DNA from: an uncultured Gemmatimonadales bacterium
GTDB lineage: Bacteria > Gemmatimonadota > Gemmatimonadetes > Gemmatimonadales > Gemmatimonadaceae
Assembly (NCBI GenBank): GCA_963706505.1
Contig: CAVPLX010000003.1
Coordinates: 31,569-95,568, forward strand
Length of the DNA stretch: 64,000 nucleotides
Direction: 5' to 3'
Below the pieces are notes generated by a model that made no database searches, was not told where the DNA came from, and was given only the letters and a program-made list of their open reading frames with translations. Position 1 is the first letter of the stretch. Each line of letters begins with the position of its first letter. Below are positions 52,350 to 60,652 of the stretch, piece by piece. A program made the position numbers and the translations under genes.

Positions 52350-53943
52350 TCAGCGGGCAAAGTCCACCGCCCGCGTCTCGCGGATCAGCACGACCTTGAT
52401 CTGACCCGGATACTGCAGCTCCGCCTCGATGCGGCGCGCGATCTCCTCGGAGAGCGACGCCATGCGCGCATCGTCGACGTCGTCCGGGTGTCACGATCAC
52501 GCGGATCTCGCGCCCCGCCTGAATCGCGAACACCTTCTCGACGCCCGGTAGCTCGCCGCGATCCGCTCGAGCCCCTCGAGGCGCTTCACGTACGTCTCGA
52601 ACGCCTCGCGGCGCGCGCCGGGACGCGAGCCCGAGATCGCGTCGGCGGCCTGCACCAGCACCGAGACCTCGCTCTCGTGCGGCACGTCGTCGTGGTGCGC
52701 GGCGATGCAGTTCACGACGAGCGGGTTCTCGCCGTACCGGGTCGCCACCTCGACGCCGAGCTGGACGTGTGTCCCTTCGTGCTCGTGCGTCAGCACCTTG
52801 CCGACGTCGTGCAGCAGCGCGCCCGCGCTTGGCCATCGCGACGTCGAGCCCCAGCTCGGCGGCCATGATCCCGGCGAGCCAGGCGACTTCCTTCGAGTGC
52901 TGCAGGATGTTCTGGCCATAGCTCGTGCGCCACCGCATGCGGCCGATCAGCTTCACCAGCTCGGCGATGCAGGCCGTGCACGCCGGTCTCGTACGCCGCC
53001 TGCTCGCCGGTCTCGACGATCGGCGACGTCGACTTCCTTCCGCGACTTGTTGACGACTTCCTCGATGCGGCCCGGATGGATGCGGCCGTCGGCGACGAGC
53101 TTCTCGAGCGCCAGCCGCGCGATCTCGCGCCGGACCGGGTCGAAGCAGGAGACGACGACGGTGTCGGGCGTGTCGTCGATGATGACGTCGACACCGGTTG
53201 CCAGCTCGAAGGCGCGAATGTTTCGCCCCTCGCGACCGATGATGCGGCCCTTCATCTCGTCGTTCGGGCAGCGCCACCGCGGATACCGTGGTCTCGGCGG
53301 TGTGCTCGGCCGCGATACGCTGGATCGCGAGCGCGACGATCTTCTTCGCCTCCCGCTCCGCCGTACGGCGCGCGGTCTCGCGAATCTCGCGCACCCGGTT
53401 GGCCGCGTCGGCCTGCGCCTCCTCTTCCATGCGGCTGATCAGCTCGGCCTTCGCGTCCCCCGCGGAGAGCCCGGCGAGCTGCTCCAGCCGCCGCTGCTCT
53501 TCGGCGTGCATCCGGCCGGCTTCCTGCTCCCGCTCGCTCACTTGCTTCTCGCGCCGGCTGATTTCTCCCGACTGGCGAGTGGTCTCCTTCTCCCGCTGGT
53601 CGATGATCTCGAATTTGCGGTCGAGGATCGTGTCGCGCTCCTTGAGGCGCTTCTCCTCGCGCTCGACCTCGGACCGGCGCTCGCGCACTTCTTCGTCCCA
53701 GGATTCCCGGAGCTTCATGAGCTCCTCCTTCCCCGCGAGCACCCCGGACTTCCGCAGAGTGTCGGCCTCGCGTTCGGCTTCGGCGACGACGCGCCGGCTC
53801 AACTCTTCGGCGGACTGTCCGGCGGCCGTCTGGCGTTCATGTTCCGCGGCCTGGCCAGCTCGCCGGCCCATGATGAACGCGACCACCCCGGCAATGAGGC
53901 CGCACAGCACACAGGCCGCGGCAAGGGCGACCACTGACGACAT
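52350..53943 (-). pseudogene. rny: ribonuclease Y; 5' third intact, 3' two-thirds with multiple frame changes
   Basis: The TM anchor [21 protein letters not shown] and coiled coil are intact to ~53270. The KH domain ([30 protein letters not shown]), HD domain ([17 protein letters not shown].., AAHHDD) and C-terminus ([33 protein letters not shown], stop 52350-52352) lie in alternating frames. Confidence 0.85.
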
Positions 53944-54004
53944 ACGATCTATACTCCAGCGCGGCACTGGCCGCGGCGTTGGTCGTGAATCGGGCGTTCG
54001 ATAC

Positions 54005-54319
54005 CTACACTACCGTGACATCGCCTCGCTTTGCGGGCGGCAGCCAGCGGCGGACTTCACTGCCCAGCGTCCGCATGGCTCCGGTGAGCTCCTCCGAAGC
54101 CTGCTGGGCCTGGAACAACTGATCCGTAATCTGAAGCGCGGCCAGGATCGCCGCCTTGCGTGTCTCGACCGCGCCCCCTGCACTCATTACCCGCCGGATC
54201 GCCGCATCGACATACTCCGCGACCGCACGCGTATGCTCCGGCGTCGAGTCGCTCCGGATCGAGTACTCCTCACCGACTATCGTGACGCGAACGACCTGCT
54301 TGGACCCCTTGTCGGTCAT
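54005..54319 (-). CDS. zapA: cell division protein ZapA
   Basis: 104 aa. [35 protein letters not shown].. is a typical ZapA fold signature. It overlaps the upstream gene by 4 nt. Confidence 0.75.
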   Translation of the reverse strand: MTDKGSKQVVRVTIVGEEYSIRSDSTPEHTRAVAEYVDAAIRRVMSAGGAVETRKAAILAALQITDQLFQAQQASEELTGAMRTLGSEVRRWLPPAKRGDVTVV

Positions 54320-54630
54320 CGCTCACCACCCGCGCTACCCGCGACGGCCGCCTGCTCCTGCTGCTGGCGGAGGAACCGGACCCGGTCGAGCATCGATTGC
54401 GCTTGGCCCGCCGCTGCTTCCAGACGCCCCCGGAGCACGGCATTCTCGGCCTCCAGCGCCGCCACCCGCGAGGCGTCCGCTACCGGACCCCCACGCACGT
54501 CGAACGCACGTAACTGTGTCTCGGCCTGAAGCGCCCGGCGGCGAAAGCTAGCGAGTTCATCTCCGAGGTGACGGATGAGAACTTCCAGCTCCCGGAACGC
54601 GATGCGATCATGCCGTTCGTTGTCGGACAC
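54316..54630 (-). CDS. hypothetical coiled-coil protein (ZapB-like?)
   Basis: GTG 54630 (or TTG 54633) follows GGAGA. The heptad-rich sequence is FRELEVLIRHLGDELASFRRRALQAETQLRAF..ALEAENAVLRGRLEAAAGQAQSMLDRVRFLRQQQ. It overlaps the pheT 3' end by ~23 nt. Confidence 0.5.
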   Translation of the reverse strand: MSDNERHDRIAFRELEVLIRHLGDELASFRRRALQAETQLRAFDVRGGPVADASRVAALEAENAVLRGRLEAAAGQAQSMLDRVRFLRQQQEQAAVAGSAGGER

Positions 54631-57085
54631 CAAGATGAGTCTCCAAGGCGCGCAATAGCTTATCTCGTCGAGCCTCAACCTCTTTCTCGCGAAGAGTGCG
54701 CTCCGGATGCCTGAACGTCAACCGCCAGGTAAGGCTGCGGTGTCCCGCGGGCACGTTGTCGCCGTGGAATTGGCTCAGCAGGTCGATCCGCTCGAGGATC
54801 GGCTCCTTCGCGCCATGCAACACGGTCTCGACTGCACCGGCTGAGACCGCCGCTGGCACCAGCAGCGTGATGTCGATCCGAACGGCCGGAAACGACGGCG
54901 GCCGCCGGTACCGAGGCACCGGATCCCGCGCCACACCGTCGGACGCCGCCGCGGGTGCATGGCGCCCAGGAGGGGCGACGTCGGTCACGTCCATCGCCTC
55001 CATCAGGATCTCCACGCCATAGGCCGTGGCAGCCCACGGGGGCGCATCGAGCGTCACCACGGCGGCCCGCCCAGCGTCGATCTCGCCAGCGCGAACTCGC
55101 CACAGCGTCCCCGCACCACCACCCGGCTCCATCATGATGGCCGCACCGGGATGGGCGGCGCCCGCCACCGCCTCGGCCAGCGCCCTGACATCCCATTCGT
55201 CCCACGCCGGCGGTGACGGCTCCGTGAAATGCGGCGGCCGCCGGGCCCCCATGCATAGCATCCCGACCCGAACGTCCTCGGCGGGCCGTCCTGGGCTCCC
55301 GGCCTGTGTGCGGAACACGGTGCCGATCTCGAACAGGCGCAGATCGCCCTCCATCCGCGCGAGGTTGAACTCCGCACGCCGGGCGAGCGATGTGAGGAGA
55401 TCGGAGCGCAGGTACGACTCGTTGCCCGCGAGCGGGTTTGTCACCCGGACCGATGTACCGGCGGGATCGGGGGCCGACACGAACGGCATCGGACGCACTT
55501 CAATGAAGCCCATACCCACGAGCAACTCACGGAGACGCGCACTGCGCGCGACCAGCGGATCATCCGGCACGGTCCCGATCCGGTACGCACGCAGCTCCGT
55601 CGGGAAGCTTCCGTAACCCCGGAGGCGCGCCACCTCCTCGACCAGGTCGATCTCCGCGGTCACGTCCGTCCGCCAGAGCGGCGCCACGACATCGAGCGCA
55701 CGCTCCGCCGGGCCCACGCCAAATCCGACGCTCGCGAGGAGCATGGCGCATTCGGCGGCCGGCACCGCCACACCCAGCACCTGCGCGACGCGCTGCGTCC
55801 GGAGGCGGATTCGTGACCGGCGTTCCGGAGCCTCCAGTGCAGGTCCGATGAGCACGGGCGCAGCGGCGCACTGTCCGCCAGCGACGGCAGCCATCAGCCG
55901 TACGACGATGGGATACACCTCCGCCGGCGATGCCGGAGGGACCAGCCGCTCGAAGCGGAAGGACGCCTCGGTCGACACGCCGAGCGCCCGCCGGGCGCCA
56001 CGGACCCGGCGCGGATCGAACGAGGCGATCTCGAGGAAGATGTCCGTGGTCTCGCCGGAGACCTCGCTTCCCTTCCCGCCGATCACTCCCGCGACTCCCT
56101 GCGCGTGCTGCGCATCGGCGATCACCAGCATGTTCGCCTCGAGGACCCGGTCCACGCCGTCCAGCGTCGTCAGGCGCTCGCCCGGATGCGCCCGTCGCAC
56201 GTGAATCGCCGCGTTGGCGCCGCCGATCCGCGCCAGATCGAACGCGTGCATCGGCTGGCCGTAGCCATGGAGCATGTAGTTGGTGACGTCCACGACATTG
56301 CTGACCGAACGCACACCCACCGCTGCCAATCGCGCCACGAGCCACGGAGGGCTCGCTCCGACGCGGACGCCGCGTATCACCACGCCGAGATACGCGGGGC
56401 ACTCGGTACTGTCATCGACGGTCACCCGGACGCCGTCGGTGGTCCCGGTACGCTCGGCGCGAACCGGTAGGGGCACGGCGGCCACCATGCCGCTCCCCAC
56501 GCCATCCGGAATCGCGGGCTCTCGCAGCGGCTTTCCGGTCGCCGCGGCGATTTCCCTGGCAACACCCTGGTGCGACAGCAGGTCTGGGCGGTTCGGCAGG
56601 ACATCGATGACGAGACGCGTATCGCCGATCGGCATCGCGTCCAGTAGCGGCGTGCCGGGAGCGGCTGTGGTGGCCAGGGCGAGAATCCCGTCGTGTTCCT
56701 CGCCGAGCCCCAACTCACGGGCGGAGCACAGCATGCCGTTCGAGACCTGACCACGAATCTTCCGCCGCTCGATCTTCAGGCCGTTCGGCATGGTCGTGCC
56801 GGCCGGCGCGAATGGATAGGCCGTGCCGACGGTGACATTGGGCGCGCCACACACGACGTCGAGCAACTCTGGGCCGCCCGCGTCCACGCGCGTCACCCAC
56901 AGGTGATCGCTGTCCGGGTGCCGGGCCGCGTCGATCACGCGGCCCACCACCAGCGCCGCGAGGTCGGCCCGCACGGGCTCGATCGCGTCGACCGTGGCAG
57001 CCCGTTCCGTGATCAGGTCGCGAAGCTCACGCGGCGAGAGGCCGCTGTCGACGAATGCCGACAGCCACTCGGCGGACGCGTTCAT
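54608..57085 (-). CDS. pheT: phenylalanine--tRNA ligase beta subunit
   Basis: 825 aa. MNASAEWLSAFVDSGLSPRELRDLIT.., tRNA-binding domain, B3/4, B5 and FDX-ACB domains in order. The ATG overlaps the pheS stop (ATGA). Confidence 0.95.
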   Translation of the reverse strand: MNASAEWLSAFVDSGLSPRELRDLITERAATVDAIEPVRADLAALVVGRVIDAARHPDSDHLWVTRVDAGGPELLDVVCGAPNVTVGTAYPFAPAGTTMPNGLKIERRKIRGQVSNGMLCSARELGLGEEHDGILALATTAAPGTPLLDAMPIGDTRLVIDVLPNRPDLLSHQGVAREIAAATGKPLREPAIPDGVGSGMVAAVPLPVRAERTGTTDGVRVTVDDSTECPAYLGVVIRGVRVGASPPWLVARLAAVGVRSVSNVVDVTNYMLHGYGQPMHAFDLARIGGANAAIHVRRAHPGERLTTLDGVDRVLEANMLVIADAQHAQGVAGVIGGKGSEVSGETTDIFLEIASFDPRRVRGARRALGVSTEASFRFERLVPPASPAEVYPIVVRLMAAVAGGQCAAAPVLIGPALEAPERRSRIRLRTQRVAQVLGVAVPAAECAMLLASVGFGVGPAERALDVVAPLWRTDVTAEIDLVEEVARLRGYGSFPTELRAYRIGTVPDDPLVARSARLRELLVGMGFIEVRPMPFVSAPDPAGTSVRVTNPLAGNESYLRSDLLTSLARRAEFNLARMEGDLRLFEIGTVFRTQAGSPGRPAEDVRVGMLCMGARRPPHFTEPSPPAWDEWDVRALAEAVAGAAHPGAAIMMEPGGGAGTLWRVRAGEIDAGRAAVVTLDAPPWAATAYGVEILMEAMDVTDVAPPGRHAPAAASDGVARDPVPRYRRPPSFPAVRIDITLLVPAAVSAGAVETVLHGAKEPILERIDLLSQFHGDNVPAGHRSLTWRLTFRHPERTLREKEVEARRDKLLRALETHLGVRQRTA

Positions 57086-58128
57086 TCGCCGAGGGCGCCG
57101 AGGACGCGCACATCACCGTCGTACAGCTCGCGAAGAAGCGGAATGTCGTATCGCTGCTGGGCAATCCGGCCAGGACCCATGCCGAAGGCCCAGCCGGTAT
57201 AGCGCTCGGAATCCACCCCTGCCGATTCCAGCACGGATGGATGGACCATGCCGCAACCGAGGATTTCGACCCAGCCGAGCATCTTGCACGTGGCACAGCC
57301 CGCACCATGACAGATCTGGCACTCGACGTCCATCTCCGCCGACGGCTCGGTAAACGGAAAGAAGCTCGGGCGGAAGCGTGTGGTCGTCGCGCCGAAGAAT
57401 CGCCGGGCGAAATGCGTCAGTGTCGCCTTGAGATCCACGAAGCTCACTCCCTCGTCCACCGCCAGCCCTTCGATCTGCGCGAACATCGGCGCATGCGATG
57501 CATCGAAGACGTCGCGGCGGTAGACATTGCCCGGGACGAGCACGCGGATCGGCGGCGGGTAGCGCTGGAGGGTACGGATCTGAACGGGTGACGTGTGTGT
57601 GCGCAGCAGGCCGCCGCCCTCGAGATACAGCGTGTCGTGCATGTCGAGCGCGGGATGCTCCGGCGGGAAATTCAGCGCGGTGAAATTGTACCACTCTGAT
57701 TCCGCCTCCGGCCCCAGCGCGATGGTGAAGCCGATCTCCCGGAAGATGTCCGCGATCTCGTCGATCACGATCGTCACGGGATGCCGGGCGCCGCGCCACA
57801 CCGCCCGCCCCGGCATCGTGAGGTCGATCCCTGGAGCCGACGCGGCCGCGGTGGACTCGACACGAGCGGCCACTGTCGCGAGTTGCTCCTGCAGCCGCGC
57901 GTGTGCGGCGTTGAAGGCCTGGCCAGCCGCGGGCCTGTCCGTGACGCTCATGCGCGCGACCATGCCGCTCAGCGCCGAGAGCCGCCCGGACTTGCGGCCG
58001 ACATACCGCACCCGCAGCGCCTCCACGTCGTCCGCCGTTCGGGCCGCACCGATCTCCGGCACGGCATCACGCTCGATGGCCGACAGCTCGTCGAGAAACT
58101 GCGTCAGCGAAGATATGGACTCAGTCAT
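57082..58128 (-). CDS. pheS: phenylalanine--tRNA ligase alpha subunit
   Basis: 348 aa. Class II motifs: HPVTIVIDEI.., FPPEHPALDMHDT, LRTHTSPVQIR, FRPSFFPFTEPSAEMDV, GCGMVHP. Confidence 0.95.
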   Translation of the reverse strand: MTESISSLTQFLDELSAIERDAVPEIGAARTADDVEALRVRYVGRKSGRLSALSGMVARMSVTDRPAAGQAFNAAHARLQEQLATVAARVESTAAASAPGIDLTMPGRAVWRGARHPVTIVIDEIADIFREIGFTIALGPEAESEWYNFTALNFPPEHPALDMHDTLYLEGGGLLRTHTSPVQIRTLQRYPPPIRVLVPGNVYRRDVFDASHAPMFAQIEGLAVDEGVSFVDLKATLTHFARRFFGATTTRFRPSFFPFTEPSAEMDVECQICHGAGCATCKMLGWVEILGCGMVHPSVLESAGVDSERYTGWAFGMGPGRIAQQRYDIPLLRELYDGDVRVLGALGE

Positions 58129-58218
58129 CGGATCAGGGTCGAAAACGGAGGCGGCGGCAGCGGCGACCGGAAGGTCGCGCTGCCGCCGCCAGAAACTGCC
58201 GACCTGCGGGTGGTAGTG

Positions 58219-58583
58219 CTAGGCGGCGGCCAGCGCGTCCCGCGCCCGGTCGGCGAGCAGCGTAAACGCCTGTGGATCGCGCACGGCGAGATCCGCCAGC
58301 AGTTTCCGGTCGACGTCGATGCCGGCCTTCTTCAGGCCGTTCATCAGCACGCTGTACGTCATCGCGTGCTGGTGGGCGGCCGCGTTGATGCGCGTGATCC
58401 AGAGGCGCCGGAAATCGCGCTTCTTGTTCTTGCGATCGCGGTAGGCATAGCGCCAGCCGCGCTCGACAGTCTCCTTGGCGGCTTTCCACAGCTTGCGACC
58501 GGCCGCCGTACGCACCACGGGCGGCCTTCATGATCTGCTTCTTGCGCTTCAGGCGCGCGACGTTCGATCTTGACGCGTGGCAT
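58219..58583 (-). pseudogene. rplT: 50S ribosomal protein L20, two frame changes near the 5' end
   Basis: MPRVK (frame 1, ATG 58583), [24 protein letters not shown] (frame 3) and [40 protein letters not shown].. (ORF 58219..58518). Confidence 0.85.
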
Positions 58584-58592
58584 TGGTCGCTC

Positions 58593-58790
58593 CTACGCCT
58601 GGATCAGGCGCTTGATGTTCCGGGCTTCGCCAGGCGTCTTGATCGATCGTCGGACGCCGGAGATTCCGCTTCCGCTTCGCGGACTTCTTGGTGAGGATGT
58701 GGCTCTTGAAGGCCTTCATGCGGCGCACCTTGCCGCTCGCGGTGATGGAAAACCGCTTCTTCGCCCCTTGTGGGTCTTCATCTTCGGCAT
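58593..58790 (-). pseudogene. rpmI: 50S ribosomal protein L35, two frame changes
   Basis: ATG 58790 gives MPKMKTHKG, then [39 protein letters not shown] in the next frame, then ..NIKRLIQA* (TAG 58593-58595). Not visible in the ORF track because the pieces are short. Confidence 0.8.
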
Positions 58791-58845
58791 GCTGATATCC
58801 GTCCCGTCATGCGGCACCGGCATCTCGGCGTTCGCCGTAGTTGGT

Positions 58846-59432
58846 TCATTTCCGAGGCGGCCGGTAGGCCGCACCCGCACACATTGCGCTGCGTGATCCC
58901 GCTCGGCCCGCCCGAACTTCGGGGGTGAGGATCATGATCATCGACTTGCCTTCCAGCTTCGTCGGGCTTTCGATCTTCGCCACATCCGCCAGCGTCGTTG
59001 CGACCCGGTCGACCACTTCACGCCCCAGCTCCGGGTGCGCGATCTGCCGGCCGCGAAACATCATCGTGACTTTGACCTTGTTGCCATCCTGCAGGAATTC
59101 ACGCGCGTGGCGGGTCTTCGTCTCGAAGTCGTGGTCCTCGATCCCCGGCCGGTACTTCACTTCCTTCAGGTGAATCACGTGCTGCTTCTTCTTGGCCTGG
59201 CGCGCCATCTTCGCCTGCTCGAACTTGAACTTCCCGTAGTCCATGATGCGGACCACGGGAGGGCGTCGCCATCGGCGCGACTTCGACCAGATCGAGCCCC
59301 TGGTCCATCGGCCGCCGCCAACGCTGCTTCCACATCCATGATCCCCATCTGACTCCCGTCGGCAGCGATCACCCGCAAAGGACTGATGCGGATCTGCCTG
59401 TTGACGCGCACTCGCTTCGTGGTGTCCTGGAT
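58846..59432 (-). pseudogene. infC: translation initiation factor IF-3, two frame changes; probable AUC start
   Basis: ..NRQIRISPLRVIAADGSQMGIMDVEAALAAA (ORF 59175..59411), GLDLVEVAPMATP (ORF 59099..59335), and PVVRIMDYGKFKFEQAKMARQAKKKQH...KSMIMILTP (ORF 58846..59574). GGGGGAGG lies 8 nt upstream of the in-frame ATC at 59432. Confidence 0.85.
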
Positions 59433-59480
59433 AGCGCCTGCCTCCCCCTGAGTGAACAGCCCGAATACGCCTCGCCGCCA

Positions 59481-59517
59481 AACAACAAAAAACGCGGACC
59501 CAATAGGAGCCCGCGCT
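59481..59517 (-). terminator. intrinsic terminator ~50 nt upstream of infC
   Basis: Minus strand CGCGGGCUC-CUAUU-GGGUCCGCG (9-bp stem with two G-U pairs) followed by UUUUUUGUUGUUU. Confidence 0.6.
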
Positions 59518-59644
59518 TGCGACCGCAGCCCTAGCCGGCGGCGCTCGCATTCGACGTGAACTCCTGCAGCACACCGGTCGAATACCCGACGCGGCGGCTA
59601 GAGGGTGAGCCCCTGCAGGGCTACTTAGCGTATTGTCTCACACC

Positions 59645-59673
59645 AACTTATGCCCCTTGCCGCCGTGCGTCAA
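59645..59673 (-). promoter_or_regulatory. sigma70-like promoter (TTGACG-17 nt-TAAGTT) driving a ~150-nt leader or small RNA toward infC
   Basis: -35 at 59668-59673 and -10 at 59645-59650 on the minus strand, in an otherwise gene-free 325-nt spacer. Confidence 0.45.
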
Positions 59674-59705
59674 GATGACGCGTCCTGCAGGCGGATACCT
59701 ACTTC

Positions 59706-59741
59706 GTCGAGCAGGTCGTCGACCAGGTCGTCGACCAGGTC
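59706..59741. repeat. three tandem 12-nt units (GTCGAGCAGGTC GTCGACCAGGTC GTCGACCAGGTC)
   Basis: Read directly from the sequence. It lies 16 nt downstream of the MBL-gene stop and 33 nt upstream of the -35 box above. Confidence 0.8.
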
Positions 59742-59757
59742 GTCACCCGGATCGTGA

Positions 59758-60652
59758 TCAGCCCGATCGGCCGGATGGCGTACTGACCACCCCGTAGCTC
59801 TTGCCGTCGTAGCCGAGCTCGGCCCACGACACGGTCGGGTCATGTCCGAAAAAGAGTCGCCACTCCTCGGCCAGGGCACGTGCCAGGATCCGCCGCTTCG
59901 TTTCCAGGGTCACCAGTGGCTCCACGTCGTACCCCATGATCCACGGGAGCGGCAGATGCGCCGCCGTCGGCACCAGATCGCCCAGCACGATCGCCCGGGC
60001 GCCGTCACTCTCCAGTAGCACACTCTGGTGAAACGGCGTGTGACCCGGTGTCGGAATGGCCGTGATCCCGGGAACGATCTGCCGCTCACCCTCCACGAAG
60101 TCGAATCGTCCCGCCTCGAACACGGGAACGAAATTGCGGGCGAAATAGCTCGCCGCGGTCCGCTCGTTCGTGTGGGTCGCATAGTGGTATTCCCCACCCT
60201 GCACCACGTATCGCGCCCTCGGAAACGAGAGCCGCACCTCGCCACGATCATCGCGGTACGTGTTGCCGCCGGCGTGATCGAAGTGGAGGTGCGTGTCGAT
60301 CACGATCGCGATGTCGTCCGGCGTGTACCCCGCCGCGCGCAGCCCATCCTCGAGCATCGTCCGGCCGTTCTCACCCTCGTTCTCGATCCCGTAGATGTCC
60401 TGGAACTTGCGGTCTTCCTTGTTGCCCGATCCCGTCTCGATGAGGATCAGCCCGGCGTCGTGCTCGATCACGAGGCACCGCATCCCGAGCGAGATGCGAT
60501 TCCTCGGGATCGGCCGGCATGCGCCGCTCCCACAGCACCTTGGGCACCACGCCGAACATGGCGCCGCCGTCGAGATGCTGGGCCCCCGACTGGATCACGT
60601 GAACGGTCCAGCCGCCGAATTGCTGGCGCTCGTGCAGTGGCCCGATCGTCAT
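59758..60652 (-). pseudogene. MBL-fold metallo-hydrolase, one frame change
   Basis: The N-terminus MTIGPLHERQQFGGWTVHVIQSG..GGAMFGVVPKVLWERRMPADPE is the tail of ORF 60371..62035. The continuation NRISLGMRCLVIEHDAGLILIETG.., THLHFDHAGG and PTPGHTPFH is ORF 59758..60483. Confidence 0.75.

Noticed and set aside
44898-53275. Programmed ribosomal frameshifting or transcriptional slippage as the explanation for the frame changes
   Set aside because: There are far too many events (dozens), in both directions. They occur in genes with no known recoding (dxs, folD, recN, rplT), without recurring slippery heptamers or stimulatory structures at the sites I inspected.
52705-54529. 410-aa and 413-aa plus-strand ORFs
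   Set aside because: They are antisense to rny and zapA. The translations are Ser/Arg/Pro-rich and low-complexity.
59706-59741. CRISPR-like array
   Set aside because: There are only three contiguous 12-nt units with no spacers and no cas genes, so it is a simple tandem repeat.
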